A stretch of DNA of 64,000 bases from Vulcanimicrobiota bacterium (GCA_963695225.1 OY968762.1:1984001-2048000); one strand, 5' to 3'. Positions 37,789 to 48,330 are shown, numbered from the stretch's first letter. Translations and numbers: made by a program. The notes: a model not told the origin generated them from the letters alone.

Positions 37789-38408
37789 CGCACGATCTCC
37801 GCCCATCTATCCACGAGGGCGCGCGCCGCGGATTCGGGATCCTCGGCGCGAGCGACCGCCGAGATGACGGCCGCCATGGCGGCCCCGGCCGCAGCGACCG
37901 CCGCGAGTTCGTCGAGGCCGATCCCGCCGATAGCGGCGACCGGGAGGCGGGTCGCGCTCACGACTGCCCGCAGACCGGCCGCACCGATCGGGACGCCGGC
38001 ATCCGGCTTCGTGGCGGTCTGCACGAAGGGTCCCGCGCCGATGTAGTCGGCTCCCAGCCGCTCGGCCTGCAGGGCGCGCTCGGGCGTCTCGGCCGAGATT
38101 CCGAACAGGCGCGAGCCGAGCCGCCCGCGGAGATGCACGCCGGCGAGCCCGGCCAAATCTTCCTGACCCACGTGAAGTCCGTCGGCGTCGAGCGCGGCCG
38201 CGACGTCGTCGTTCACGATGAGGCTTGCCCCAGCGGCCTGGGTGCGCGCGTGGAGGCGGCGGACGAGCGCGCGGTCGACGCCCGACTTCGCGCGGTATTG
38301 AACGAGCCGGACGCCGCTCCGCAGGACCGCGGCGAGGAGTCGCTCCAGGTCCGCGCTGGTTTGAGCGTCGAGGACGACGTAGATTCCCGCGAGGCGCGAA
38401 TCGCTCAC
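37785..38408 (-). CDS. thiE: Thiamine phosphate synthase
   Basis: VQYRAK, IVND, GLHVGQED, TATK, AIGGI. Confidence 0.94.
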   Translation of the reverse strand: MSDSRLAGIYVVLDAQTSADLERLLAAVLRSGVRLVQYRAKSGVDRALVRRLHARTQAAGASLIVNDDVAAALDADGLHVGQEDLAGLAGVHLRGRLGSRLFGISAETPERALQAERLGADYIGAGPFVQTATKPDAGVPIGAAGLRAVVSATRLPVAAIGGIGLDELAAVAAAGAAMAAVISAVARAEDPESAARALVDRWAEIVR

Positions 38409-38469
38409 CTTGACGGCCCCGGAATGCTTTGGCGGAGTGCGCAGTTCGCCGTACCTAGTGGATACCTCA

Positions 38470-39348
38470 TCAGGCCCCGTCGGGAAGGAGCAGGTCGATC
38501 AGGCGCGTCAGATCGTCCTCGTTCGCGAAGCGGAACTCGAGCCGCCCGCCCCGGCCGGCCGGGACGATTGCGACGGGGGTCGCGAAGCGGTAGCGCAACC
38601 GCCCTTCCAGCGCCTCCACGTTCGGATCGCGCGAGGCACGCGGCTTCGTGCGCTTGGGCGCGGGCCCACGCTTGGCCGTACCGAGTTGCTCGAGGTCGCG
38701 GACCGTGAGCCCTTCGGCGATCGCACGGCGGGCGGCTCCCTCGCGCTCCGGCGCCGGGATCGCGAGGAGCGCGCGGGCATGCCCGACGCTGAGGGCGCCG
38801 CTGCGCAGGTGCGCCTTGATCGCATCCGAGAGGGAGAGGAGGCGTAACGCGTTCGCGACCGCGGGGCGGCTCTTTCCGATCCGCTCGGCGAGGCGCTCCT
38901 GCGTGAACTCGTACTCCTCGATCAAGTGCGCGTAGCCCATCGCCTCCTCGAGGGGATCGAGGTCCCGGCGCTGGAGGTTCTCGACGACCGCCAGCTCCAA
39001 GCTCGCCCGATCGTCCGCCGCGCGGACGATCGCCGGGATCGTGGCGAGCTTCGCCGCCGCCGCGGCACGCCAGCGACGTTCGCCCGCGATCAACTCGTAG
39101 ACCGGTTCCGCGCCGCCCCCCTCGCGAGCCCGGACGATGATCGGAACGAGAACGCCGAGTTCGCGGATCGACTGCGCGAGTTCCGAAAGGGCCTCCGGGT
39201 CGAAATTCGTCCGCGGTTGCTGCGGGTTCGGCCGGATGGCACCTATGGGAACCTGGATGAGCCCGTCGCCGCCGGGCTGGGCCGGCTTCGGCCGCTCCTC
39301 CCCGAGCAGGGCGCCGAGACCGCGCCCGAGGCCGCGTTTTTGACTCAT
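38470..39348 (-). CDS. parB: Chromosome partitioning protein ParB
   Basis: RGLGRGLGAL, NPQQPR, GERRWRA, ENLQRRDL, HTH, SVGHARAL. Confidence 0.97.
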   Translation of the reverse strand: MSQKRGLGRGLGALLGEERPKPAQPGGDGLIQVPIGAIRPNPQQPRTNFDPEALSELAQSIRELGVLVPIIVRAREGGGAEPVYELIAGERRWRAAAAAKLATIPAIVRAADDRASLELAVVENLQRRDLDPLEEAMGYAHLIEEYEFTQERLAERIGKSRPAVANALRLLSLSDAIKAHLRSGALSVGHARALLAIPAPEREGAARRAIAEGLTVRDLEQLGTAKRGPAPKRTKPRASRDPNVEALEGRLRYRFATPVAIVPAGRGGRLEFRFANEDDLTRLIDLLLPDGA

Positions 39349-40109
39349 TCTGCGAGCACCTCACGGGCGAGAGCAAAGTAGGCTTGCGCGCCGCGGCTCT
39401 TCACGTCGAAGAGCACGACCGGCTTACCGAAAGACGGCGCCTCCGAGAGGCGGATGTTCCTGGGGATCTGCGTCTTGAAGACTTGGTCCGCGAAGTGCGC
39501 GTTCACTTCGTCGAGCACCTCGAGCGCGAGCCGCGTTCGCGCGTCGAACATGGTCACGAGGACCCCGGCGATCTTCAGCTCGGGATTGAGCGCGTTCCGA
39601 ACGCGCTCGACGACGCGGGTGAGCTGCGAGAGCCCCTCCAGGGCGTAATACTCGGCCTGGACCGGGATCAAGACTTCGTTGGCCGCCGTGAGCGCGTTCA
39701 GCGTGAGCAATCCAAGCGAAGGCGGACAATCGATGAAGACGAAGTCGTAGTCCCCGACGATCCCGGCGATCGCGCGCCGCAGGCAGGACTCCCGAGAGAG
39801 CGTGGACACGAGCTCGATCTCCGCGCCTGCTAAGTTGATCGTCGCGGGAACCAGGTCGAGATTCGGCACCCCCGTCTCCACGAGCGCGGCGCGGACGGGG
39901 AGGTCCGCCAGGAGGACTGCGTACATGTCGTCCTCGAGATTCCGCTTATCAACGCCGAGCCCGCTCGTCGTATTCCCCTGCGGGTCGATATCAAGAAGCA
40001 GAACGCGCTTCCCGAGGATCGCGAGGGCCGCGCCGAGATTCACGGCCGTCGTGCTCTTCCCGACTCCGCCTTTTTGATTGACGATCGCCACGACACGCGG
40101 GCCGCTCAC
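39345..40109 (-). CDS. parA: Chromosome partitioning ATPase ParA/Soj
   Basis: NQKGGVGKST, DIDPQGN, DCPPSLG, EYYALEG; GTG start 40109. Confidence 0.97.
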   Translation of the reverse strand: MSGPRVVAIVNQKGGVGKSTTAVNLGAALAILGKRVLLLDIDPQGNTTSGLGVDKRNLEDDMYAVLLADLPVRAALVETGVPNLDLVPATINLAGAEIELVSTLSRESCLRRAIAGIVGDYDFVFIDCPPSLGLLTLNALTAANEVLIPVQAEYYALEGLSQLTRVVERVRNALNPELKIAGVLVTMFDARTRLALEVLDEVNAHFADQVFKTQIPRNIRLSEAPSFGKPVVLFDVKSRGAQAYFALAREVLAE

Positions 40110-40133
40110 AGTATCTCCCCCGCCCGTCCCGGC

Positions 40134-40149
40134 TGTTTCACATGAAACA
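40134..40149. promoter_or_regulatory. parS site 1
   Basis: TGTTTCACATGAAACA, 1 mismatch to TGTTTCACGTGAAACA, just upstream of parA. Confidence 0.9.
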
Positions 40150-40205
40150 GCCGCCAATCGAGCCCTCCGATTGCGCGGGTCGCCTCGAGCCGCGCGCCCC
40201 ACCCG

Positions 40206-40221
40206 TGTTCCACATGAAACA
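40206..40221. promoter_or_regulatory. parS site 2
   Basis: TGTTCCACATGAAACA, 72 bp from site 1. Confidence 0.87.
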
Positions 40222-40241
40222 CCGAGGCGCCCGCGTCTCGC

Positions 40242-41642
40242 TCATCTCGTCGACGCCTTCGTCCGCTCTATTGCGACGTCGAGCATCGAGAGCAGGGTCT
40301 CTCGCTCGTTTCGGCCTGGATCGTCCGTCACGTCTTCTAATAGCTCGCGCAGCAATTCGCCCACAAGCGGCGCGCCGCGCGACCCCTTCGGAAGCACCCC
40401 GTGCGCAACGAGCGCGCCGATCACGTCGGTGCCGGAGATCGCGAGGTCGGCGACCGCCAGCGGAGGACGAAGCGCGAGCAGCGCCCTCACGCGCGCTTCG
40501 AAGAGGGCATTGCCGCCGCGCTTCGGGAGCCCGCTCCCCACGACATCCGCGGCGCGCAGCGCAAATTGCCGCTCCAGACGTTCCGGCCCGATCCTGCGCA
40601 CGAAACGCCGGATCGTCCCGTCCGCGAGGCTCGCGTCGGCGGCGTACATATGGTGTCGCACCAGGCTCGCCACCGTCTCGACCTCCTCGTTCGAAAAGCG
40701 GAGGCGCTCCATGATCTCCCGCGCCATCTCCGCTCCCAGGATCTCGTGACGGTAGAAGTGCGGCCCGTCTTTCGTTCGGGGCTTGCCGACATCGTGCAGA
40801 AGCGCCGCCATCCTCAGAAGCGGGTCGGAAGCGGGCGCCGCGTCCAGCGTCGCCAGCGTGTGGTGGTACACGTCATAGGCGTGCCACTCATTCTGCTCGA
40901 CGCCCCAGCCCTCGAGCACTTCCGGCAACACGAACCCCAAGACCCCCGTCTCGCGCATCAGCTCGAATCCGACCGACGGCCGCGCCGCCAGCAAGAGCTT
41001 CAGCAGCTCGTCGTGCACCCGTTCGGCCGAGACGCTCGCGACCAGCGGCGCCGCCTCGCGCATCGCCGCAAACGTCTCCGCATTCAGCCCATATTCGAAC
41101 CGCGCCGCAAACTGGCACGCCCGCAGCATCCGAAGCGGGTCTTCGCGGAAGGCCTCCGGCCTTAGCAGCGAAACCTGCCGCGCCTCGATGTCCGCCACGC
41201 CCCCGTAGGGATCGACGAGCCTTCCGCCGGGCAGCGCCCGCGCCATCATGTTCATCCGGAAGTCGCGCCGCGCGAGATCCTCCTCGAGCGAGACCGCCGG
41301 CCCCGCTTCGACGTCGAAATCGCGGTGCCCGGCCCCTGTCGAAAACTCCCGCCGCGGTAGCCCCACATCGACGGTCGCTGCACCGATCTTGCACTTCACG
41401 ACCGCAAAGCTCGCGCCGACCAGCTCGGCTCGTCCCACTTCCTTTAGCCTACGCACTAGCTCGCTAAGCGAGACGCCTACGACGACGTAGTCCAGGTCCT
41501 TCGCGACGAACTCGCGGCCCTCGCGCGCCGCGCGAACCTCATCGCGGACGCGCCCCCCAACGGCATACAAGGAGCCGGCCGGCAAAGCGCCCGCGAGCGT
41601 TCCGTCGATCGTCGCGATATCCAGAGCGTCCTCGAAAGCCAC
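40242..41642 (-). CDS. cca: CCA tRNA nucleotidyltransferase / poly(A) polymerase family with HD domain
   Basis: VGGRVRD, DLD, EEDLARRDF, EDPLRMLR, LLHDVGKP; start uncertain. Confidence 0.88.
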   Translation of the reverse strand: MAFEDALDIATIDGTLAGALPAGSLYAVGGRVRDEVRAAREGREFVAKDLDYVVVGVSLSELVRRLKEVGRAELVGASFAVVKCKIGAATVDVGLPRREFSTGAGHRDFDVEAGPAVSLEEDLARRDFRMNMMARALPGGRLVDPYGGVADIEARQVSLLRPEAFREDPLRMLRACQFAARFEYGLNAETFAAMREAAPLVASVSAERVHDELLKLLLAARPSVGFELMRETGVLGFVLPEVLEGWGVEQNEWHAYDVYHHTLATLDAAPASDPLLRMAALLHDVGKPRTKDGPHFYRHEILGAEMAREIMERLRFSNEEVETVASLVRHHMYAADASLADGTIRRFVRRIGPERLERQFALRAADVVGSGLPKRGGNALFEARVRALLALRPPLAVADLAISGTDVIGALVAHGVLPKGSRGAPLVGELLRELLEDVTDDPGRNERETLLSMLDVAIERTKASTR

Positions 41643-41847
41643 GTCTGCACTTTCCGCAACGCCGTTCCTGAAACCGTTAGCCTGGATGTCATGCCACGGA
41701 CGCCGCCCGACCAGCGCTGGTGACGGAGTGTGACACGGCGGTGCGCAGCGCCTCAGCCCCGAGCGACCGGCGCACTTCGCCGGCCGCCGCAAACACCGGC
41801 CCCGGAACTCGCCGCTTCCACGATGCGAAAACGCGAACGCTCTCGCC

Positions 41848-42501
41848 TTACGAGAAACAGAGCGGCCGTTTCACCGGCACGCCTGCGCGGCGGGGGAACC
41901 GCGCAGCTGTCGGCTCGACCTTCTCGACGATCACCAGGCGCCGGCGGTCGCCGCCGGCCTCCGTCTCCTCGACGACCCGCGCTCCCAAGACGAGCGCCGC
42001 GTCGTGCATCGCGCGGCGCTCGCGCTCGTCGAGCGCCCCTCGCTGCAGCAGCGCGCGGCCGCCCGGCGCGAGGAACGGCACGGTCAACTCCAGCACGCTC
42101 GGGCCGCTCGCGACCGCTCGCGCCGTCGCGCTCGCAAAGCGCTCGCGCAACTCGGGATCGCGAGCCGCATCCTCCGCACGGCGCGCCTCGACGCGCACCG
42201 GCAGCCCGAACCGTTCCGCCGCGGCGCGCAAGAAGCGCGCTTTCTTCTCGAGCGACTCCACGAGCGTCGTCTCGATGCCCGTGACGAGCGCGAGCGGAAT
42301 CGCGGGGAAGCCTCCACCGCTACCGACGTCGATCAGCGGTCCGCGCACGTACGGGACGAGTGCGAGCGAATCCGCAATGTGTTCCCACACGCTCGCGACA
42401 TCGCGCGCGGCCGTCAGGTTCAGGCTGCGATTCGCTTCGAGCAAGTACGCGGCGAACTCGTCGAGCCGCTCGCGCTGCGCCGCGGAGAGGTCCGCGCTCA
42501 C
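41848..42501 (-). CDS. rsmG: 16S rRNA m7G527 methyltransferase
   Basis: NLTA, HIADSL, DVGSGGGFP, ARAV, FPRRAG. Confidence 0.94.
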   Translation of the reverse strand: MSADLSAAQRERLDEFAAYLLEANRSLNLTAARDVASVWEHIADSLALVPYVRGPLIDVGSGGGFPAIPLALVTGIETTLVESLEKKARFLRAAAERFGLPVRVEARRAEDAARDPELRERFASATARAVASGPSVLELTVPFLAPGGRALLQRGALDERERRAMHDAALVLGARVVEETEAGGDRRRLVIVEKVEPTAARFPRRAGVPVKRPLCFS

Positions 42502-42520
42502 CCGCGCCGTCCGGCCTTCT

Positions 42521-44362
42521 TCACGCGGGCTGCGCGCCGCGTCTGCGCGCGTGCAACACGACCGAGAGGATGCCGACGTCGGCGGGCGTGATCCCGGAGA
42601 TGCGGCTCGCCGCGCCGAGCGAGCGAGGCCGGTGCGCCGCGAACTTCTCGCGCGCTTCGCGCGAGAGTTGCCCGATCGTCCCGTAATCGAAATCCGGGGG
42701 AACGAGCGTCGCCTCGTCGCGCGCCAAACGCGCGACGGCGTTCCCCGCCCGGCCGACGTAGCCTTCGAGTTTCACGTCGATCTCGACGCGCTCCAAGACG
42801 TCGGGCGGGATCTCGGGCACGAGCGAGGCCACGTCGGAGAACGCAACGTCGGGCCGGCGCAGATACTCCGCGACGCTGCGCCCCGCGGCAAGCTCACGCG
42901 GCATCCGAACCTCGCGCACTCGTTCGTGCCCGCGCGCCAACGCAGCGCGGCGCTCCCGGAATCGCTCGGCATCGTCGTCCGAGAGCAAACCGATCTCGTG
43001 TCCCAGCGGCGAAAGCCGAAGGTCCGCGTTGTCGTGCCGCAACACGACGCGATGTTCCGCGCGCGAGGTCATCATGCGATACGGCTCGTCGACGCCTTTC
43101 GTGACGAGATCGTCGATCAAGACGCCGATGTACGACGTCGTCCGCTCGAAACGTACGGCCTCGCGCCCTTGCAGGGCGCGCGCCGCGTTGATGCCGGCGA
43201 CCAGCCCCTGGGCCGCCGCTTCTTCGTAACCCGACGTCCCGTTGAGCTGCCCCGCAAAATAGAGCCCCGCGATGCGGTGCGTCTCGAGCGTCTCGCGCAC
43301 TTCCGTCGGCGTCACGAAATCGTATTCGACCGCGTAACCTGCGCGCAACATCGCCGCCTCCTCGAGGCCGGGCAGCGTGTGCAACATCTCGAGTTGAACG
43401 TCCGCCGGAAGCGAGGTCGAGAACCCGCCCACGTAGACCGAGTTCGTCTCCCAGCCCTCAGGCTCGATGAAGAGCTGATGCGTCGGATTGTGCGCGAACT
43501 TGACGACCTTGTCTTCGATCGAGGGACAGTACCGCGGCCCGATCCCGCGGATCAAATCGAGGCCGTAGAGCGGAGAGCGGTGCAGGTTCTCCCGAACCAG
43601 CGCGTGCGTCCGCTCGCTCGTGTTCACGACGTGGCAGGGAATCTGCGGTCCCGCGAAGCGCGCCTCGCTCCGGTACGAGAACGGCAGGGGCACGGGGCTC
43701 GGCGGTTGCGGCTTCATGCGGGAATAGTCCAGCGACTCCCGGGCCACGCGCGGCGGAGTCCCCGTCTTGAGGCGGCCGAGCGGGAAGCCGAGCCGCCGCA
43801 GAGCCTCCGAAAGCCCGAGTGCGGGCGCCTCCCCGAGACGCCCGGCCGGCTCGCTGAACTCTCCGCGATAGATCTTCCCGCCGAGAAACGTCCCCGTGCA
43901 AAGGACGACGGCTCGGCCGAACAGCATGCGACCGTCCGAGGTGGCAACTCCCTGGACGCGCCCCCCGCCCACGACGAGCGCTTCCACCATCCCCGCGACG
44001 ACGGTGAGATTCTTCTGGGCGCGGAGCGTCGCGCCGGTCACCCGGACGTAGGCTTCCTTATCGGCCTGAGCGCGGAGCGCCCGGACCGCGGGGCCCTTCG
44101 ACTCGTTCAAGAAGCGGACGTGCAGCTCGCAGCGGTCGATGATCCGCGCCATCTCGCCGCCGAGCGCATCGATCTCGCGTACGAGCTGCCCCTTCGCGCT
44201 CCCGCCGATCGACGGGTTGCACGCCAAAGTCGAGATCCGTGCGGGATCTCCCGTCACGAGGATCGTCTCGACGCCCATACGGGAGCTCGCCAGCGCCGCC
44301 TCAACCCCGGCGTGCCCACCCCCGACGACGATGACACCCGTCCGGGCGGCCCCGTTCCTCAC
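42521..44362 (-). CDS. mnmG: tRNA uridine 5-carboxymethylaminomethyl modification enzyme MnmG
   Basis: [43 protein letters not shown]. Confidence 0.97.
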   Translation of the reverse strand: MRNGAARTGVIVVGGGHAGVEAALASSRMGVETILVTGDPARISTLACNPSIGGSAKGQLVREIDALGGEMARIIDRCELHVRFLNESKGPAVRALRAQADKEAYVRVTGATLRAQKNLTVVAGMVEALVVGGGRVQGVATSDGRMLFGRAVVLCTGTFLGGKIYRGEFSEPAGRLGEAPALGLSEALRRLGFPLGRLKTGTPPRVARESLDYSRMKPQPPSPVPLPFSYRSEARFAGPQIPCHVVNTSERTHALVRENLHRSPLYGLDLIRGIGPRYCPSIEDKVVKFAHNPTHQLFIEPEGWETNSVYVGGFSTSLPADVQLEMLHTLPGLEEAAMLRAGYAVEYDFVTPTEVRETLETHRIAGLYFAGQLNGTSGYEEAAAQGLVAGINAARALQGREAVRFERTTSYIGVLIDDLVTKGVDEPYRMMTSRAEHRVVLRHDNADLRLSPLGHEIGLLSDDDAERFRERRAALARGHERVREVRMPRELAAGRSVAEYLRRPDVAFSDVASLVPEIPPDVLERVEIDVKLEGYVGRAGNAVARLARDEATLVPPDFDYGTIGQLSREAREKFAAHRPRSLGAASRISGITPADVGILSVVLHARRRGAQPA

Positions 44363-44398
44363 TCCGCCCCCTTCGACGGCGCGGGCCGCGTCCCCGAC

Positions 44399-45025
44399 TT
44401 AGCGCCGCTTCGCGGCGGGTTTCGGTGCCGGTTTCGGGCCGGATTTCGCCTTCTTCGGCGCCGGCGCGCGCGGCGGCGAAAGCGCGAAGAGCGCCACGAT
44501 CCCGATCAGCCATGCAAACGCGAGCGGGATGAAGGCGAGGCCGACGGAGTGCTCGGAGGATTCGACGCTCGGATCGCCCACGGTCGGGACGAACCGGCCG
44601 TTTACCTCGAAGCCGCTCACCTTTTCGCCGAAGTACTGCACTTCGAGCGTCCGGCCGGGCGCGATCGCCGCCCAGGTCGCCGGGTCGGGCGCAGCCTGAA
44701 GCGCCGCCCGGATGCGCGTCGGACCGTCGGCAAACGTGACGACGTGGCTCGGCGCTTGCGCGCTCGTCGAACCCTGGGCCGCGATCTCGTCCAGGACGTC
44801 CCGCCGGTCGACGACGAGCCGGGCAACGCGGCACTCCGAGCCCGACTGCGCGGCCCGGAGAGCGGCGGAGAGCGGCCGCGTCAAGCAGCCCTTGTCGCTC
44901 ACGTACCGCCGCGCTTCGGACGAAAGCGTCCCCGTCCCGGTGATCGACCACGCATAAGCGGCGACCGTCGCCACGACCAGCGCGATCACGATCCACAGCT
45001 TGTAAACGGACCTCTTGTTTCCCAT
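44399..45025 (-). CDS. Hypothetical membrane protein (two TM helices, basic tail)
   Basis: MGNKRSVYKLWIVIALVV..; second TM GLAFIPLAFAWLIGIVALF; RBS AGGAG. Confidence 0.65.
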   Translation of the reverse strand: MGNKRSVYKLWIVIALVVATVAAYAWSITGTGTLSSEARRYVSDKGCLTRPLSAALRAAQSGSECRVARLVVDRRDVLDEIAAQGSTSAQAPSHVVTFADGPTRIRAALQAAPDPATWAAIAPGRTLEVQYFGEKVSGFEVNGRFVPTVGDPSVESSEHSVGLAFIPLAFAWLIGIVALFALSPPRAPAPKKAKSGPKPAPKPAAKRR

Positions 45026-45125
45026 CGCTCCTATATTGGCAGCCCGCCGCGAGCCGCCCTCGGGACGGCCCCGCCGGCGCCGGGCTGGAGAGGCGTTTTC
45101 GCCGCCCGGACCAAAGGCGTCCGGC

Positions 45126-45923
45126 ATGACCGCCGAGGAGACGCGCATAACGCTCGACGACGGAGCGACGACGACCCTCGAGGGCTGGGGCGAGCGTGGC
45201 CCCATCGTGCTCTGCGTGCACGGGATCACGAGTTCCAGAAAGTCCTGGACGAAGCTCGGCCGGCGTCTAGCGGACCGGCACCGCGTCTTCGCCTACGACC
45301 AGCGCGGGCACGGCGATAGCGCCCAGATCCAGGGGCCGATGACGCTCGCGCAGAGTCTGGCCGACCTTGCCGCCGTCGCGGCCGTCATCGGCGAACCGGT
45401 TGAAGCGCTCGTCGGGCACTCGTGGGGCGGAGCGGTAGCGCTCCTCGGCGGCCGCACCATCGCGCCGGCTCGCGTCGTCGCGATCGATCCGCTCTTGCGC
45501 GTCCCGGCGGGGACGTTCGCCGCAGATTACGTGGAAGAACTGCGCCCGATCCTCTCCTTGCCCCCGGGCGAGCGCGACGCCGACGCCCGCGCCCTCGTGG
45601 GCCATCTCGACGAGACCGAGCAACTCGCGAAAGCCCACGCGATGCGCTCGATGTCGCTCGAATCCGTCGAGCGCATCGGCACCGAGAATCGCGTCGACGA
45701 AGGCGCCTGGGATCTCCTCGCGAGCGCGCGCGATTATCCCGTGCCCCTCTATCTCGCCGTCGCCGGCATCGATTCCGTGCTCGCGCCGGAAGACGTCGCG
45801 ACGTTGCGCGCCGGGCTCGGACCGCGCGACGTGCTCGACATTTTCGCGAACGAGGGGCACAGCCTGCATCGCACCGCGTTCGAAGAATTCGCGGCGAAGC
45901 TGGAGGCGTTCTTGCGAGCTTAG
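45126..45923 (+). CDS. Alpha/beta fold hydrolase
   Basis: VHGITSS, DQRGHGDS, GHSWGG nucleophile elbow, C-terminal GHSLH. Confidence 0.9.
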   Translation: MTAEETRITLDDGATTTLEGWGERGPIVLCVHGITSSRKSWTKLGRRLADRHRVFAYDQRGHGDSAQIQGPMTLAQSLADLAAVAAVIGEPVEALVGHSWGGAVALLGGRTIAPARVVAIDPLLRVPAGTFAADYVEELRPILSLPPGERDADARALVGHLDETEQLAKAHAMRSMSLESVERIGTENRVDEGAWDLLASARDYPVPLYLAVAGIDSVLAPEDVATLRAGLGPRDVLDIFANEGHSLHRTAFEEFAAKLEAFLRA

Positions 45924-46387
45924 TTTGCGCCCGGCGAACTCGTTTTCGCCGCGCGCCGCCCGCGCAGATACTCGGCGTCGAAAAACAGCGGCGACGAGAT
46001 GAGAAAATCCGCCGTCGCGCGATTGCACGCCGTCGGCACGTTATAGAGCACGGCGAGGCGCAGCAGCGCCTTCACGTCGACGTCGTGCGGCTGCACGAGC
46101 AACGGGTCCCAGAAGAAGATCACGGCCTCCAAGCGCCGCTCCACGAGCATCGCGCCGACCTGCGCGTCGCCCCCGAGCGGCCCGGAGAGGAGCAATCGCA
46201 CTTCGAGCGCGGTCGCGTTCGCGACCAGCGCGCCGGTCGTCCCCGTCGCGACGAGGTTGCACCGCGCCAGCGTATCGCGATTGTACGCGGCCCACGCGGT
46301 GAGATCGTCCTTGCAAGCGTCGTGCGCGATCAGCGCGACGCGCGGAACGACCACCTCCGCTGCCTGCCGGTCCATCGTCGTTTCCAT
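45920..46387 (-). CDS. mgsA: Methylglyoxal synthase
   Basis: ALIAHD..K, ATGTTG, SGPLGGDAQ, DP..QPHDVD. Confidence 0.95.
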   Translation of the reverse strand: METTMDRQAAEVVVPRVALIAHDACKDDLTAWAAYNRDTLARCNLVATGTTGALVANATALEVRLLLSGPLGGDAQVGAMLVERRLEAVIFFWDPLLVQPHDVDVKALLRLAVLYNVPTACNRATADFLISSPLFFDAEYLRGRRAAKTSSPGAN

Positions 46388-46393
46388 GCCCGC

Positions 46394-46399
46394 ATTCTA
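46394..46399 (-). promoter_or_regulatory. -10 element of probably leaderless mgsA
   Basis: TAGAAT 6 nt upstream of the ATG, no SD sequence. Confidence 0.55.
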
Positions 46400-46512
46400 C
46401 CCTCGCAGGCACATGCGTAACATCACGCTTTCCTCGCAATGCGGCGATGTCGTTTGTTTCGCGCGACGCAGCCGCGGGCGAAAGAACCTTCGCTCGCGCC
46501 GGGCTCGCTCGT

Positions 46513-48330
46513 TCAGCGTTGGATCAGCGCCGGCGCCAACTGCAGTCCGCCGGCAGCATCCGCGACGGTCACGCCCGCTCCCTGCCCCGCGCCCGGTTGC
46601 GTTGAAAAGTACCGGAACGTCCCGCGATATGCGGCATACGTCACGTTCGAGCCGGCCGCGAGCACGGTCACCGCAGGCCCTCGAAGCGTCATCGTGCGGT
46701 TGAACTGATCCGTATACGTGCCGTATGGATCGAACGCCGTGAAGTTGAAGCGCGGATCCGTCGTGATCCCGAGCCCGCTGACGGCGAGCGCGACTCCGTA
46801 GTCACCGATCAGCGTCTCCGCCGCAATTCCGGTCGCACCTCGAAGGTTGGCCGCGCCGACGGCGCCTCCGCTCTCGACCGAGCGCGAGAACGCATCGCCT
46901 CCGAACCGATCGTAGAGGTAGCGCATGAACAGATACGAGTTTCCATACGCGCTCGCGCTGTTGTATACGAACGGCGTCGAGCCGGACGCTCCGCTGAAAT
47001 CCGTCAAGCTCGCGCCTTCCGGGTAGCTGAGAAACTGCTGCGCGTGCGCGAGCGCGTCGTCGACGTCGATGCTCGGCGCGCCCCCGAACAGTTGCGAGAC
47101 GGCGAAATCCTGCGCGAGCATCGAGAGCCCTTCGTTGATCCAGGGCTCCTCGTTCGCAGGAGACTGCGCGAGCACGTAATGCTGTACGAAGTTGATGGCG
47201 TGCTGCAGCTCGTGAGCGGTGCTGCGAACGAAGTCTTCCTGCAGCGCGTAGTTCAAGTCGGCGCCGGGCGCATACGCGACCACGATCATCGAGGTTTCGT
47301 TGGTCGGGGGTTGCCCCGGCAAGCAGTTTGCGACTTGCTGCGGGAGGAAGTTCAGCGCGCTGAAGTACCCGCCGAGCCCCGCTCCGATGTTACTTTGATT
47401 GACGATGAGCACGACGTGCCGCCCGTTCGGCGGCGGGATCAGCATCGGCACTGGCTGCGCCCCCGCGATAGGATTCCCCGCCGCGTCGCACGGCTGCGTG
47501 GTCAGGCGCGCGCCCGGCGAGTCGGGCGCGTACTCGACCGTCCCGAAATGGCGCGTATCGGACTGATAGGCGTTCTCGAAATCGACGCCGATCCGCTCCA
47601 GAGACGGCGCGTCGAAGCCGAGCGTATCGTCCACCCAGATGCTCGAGTGCGTGAAGGTCGCACGCAGCGTCGCCGGAACCGCGGCATAGTTGCCGCCGGG
47701 GGTCCCGATCGCCGCCTTGCTGACCCAAAACGACGACGTCGCGCCGACCTGAGAGGCGAGCGCGCGCGCCGAACGGCGTTCCGCAAGCGGAGAGAGCGAA
47801 TGCCGTGCGCTTCCGGCCAAGGTTACGAGCGGCGCCAAATAGCGATCGTCGGGGCGTGCGTCCGCAAAAGGCGGGGCCGGGAGAGCGCTCCGGCTCGAAG
47901 CAGGCGAACCGGTCTGCAGGACGTCCGCCGCCCACACCCGGCTCGTGCCGCCGAACGCCTGCGGAATGACGCGCTCGAACGCGGCGGGAGCCACGTTCGA
48001 GGTCGAGAGGTTTAGGCTCTCGCTCGCCGGAGCGACCCCGCTCGCGTCCACGGCCGTGGAGAGCACGGCGATCAGGCCGGTCCGCGCGGTCGCCGGGAGC
48101 GTGCCCCGAAACACGTTCGGCGCCGACGCTTGCATGTACGCGGCACTCGCCGGGGCCGCAGTGGCGATGCCGTACGGCATCGCGACGGCCGCCGGGGCGG
48201 CGGGCGGCAGCGAGCCGCTGCCCGAACCGCCGCCGCAACCGGCGCACAAACCCACGGCCGCCAGCGTCAAACCGCGCAATCCATAACGAATAAATGCGGG
48301 TCTATAAGCCCACATCGCCTTTTCGTCCAT
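46513..48330 (-). CDS. Lipoprotein zinc metallopeptidase (gluzincin, M30-like)
   Basis: Lipobox CAGC with Gly/Ser linker; AHELQH HExxH plus downstream WINEGLS. Confidence 0.75.
   Translation of the reverse strand: MDEKAMWAYRPAFIRYGLRGLTLAAVGLCAGCGGGSGSGSLPPAAPAAVAMPYGIATAAPASAAYMQASAPNVFRGTLPATARTGLIAVLSTAVDASGVAPASESLNLSTSNVAPAAFERVIPQAFGGTSRVWAADVLQTGSPASSRSALPAPPFADARPDDRYLAPLVTLAGSARHSLSPLAERRSARALASQVGATSSFWVSKAAIGTPGGNYAAVPATLRATFTHSSIWVDDTLGFDAPSLERIGVDFENAYQSDTRHFGTVEYAPDSPGARLTTQPCDAAGNPIAGAQPVPMLIPPPNGRHVVLIVNQSNIGAGLGGYFSALNFLPQQVANCLPGQPPTNETSMIVVAYAPGADLNYALQEDFVRSTAHELQHAINFVQHYVLAQSPANEEPWINEGLSMLAQDFAVSQLFGGAPSIDVDDALAHAQQFLSYPEGASLTDFSGASGSTPFVYNSASAYGNSYLFMRYLYDRFGGDAFSRSVESGGAVGAANLRGATGIAAETLIGDYGVALAVSGLGITTDPRFNFTAFDPYGTYTDQFNRTMTLRGPAVTVLAAGSNVTYAAYRGTFRYFSTQPGAGQGAGVTVADAAGGLQLAPALIQR

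Noticed and set aside
41715..41740. Pho-box-like GTCAC repeats upstream of cca
   Set aside because: 10-bp rather than 11-bp period and only two short units; unsupported.
41720..45319. 1199-aa plus-strand ORF
   Set aside because: Antisense to rsmG, mnmG and the membrane protein; no recognisable domain.
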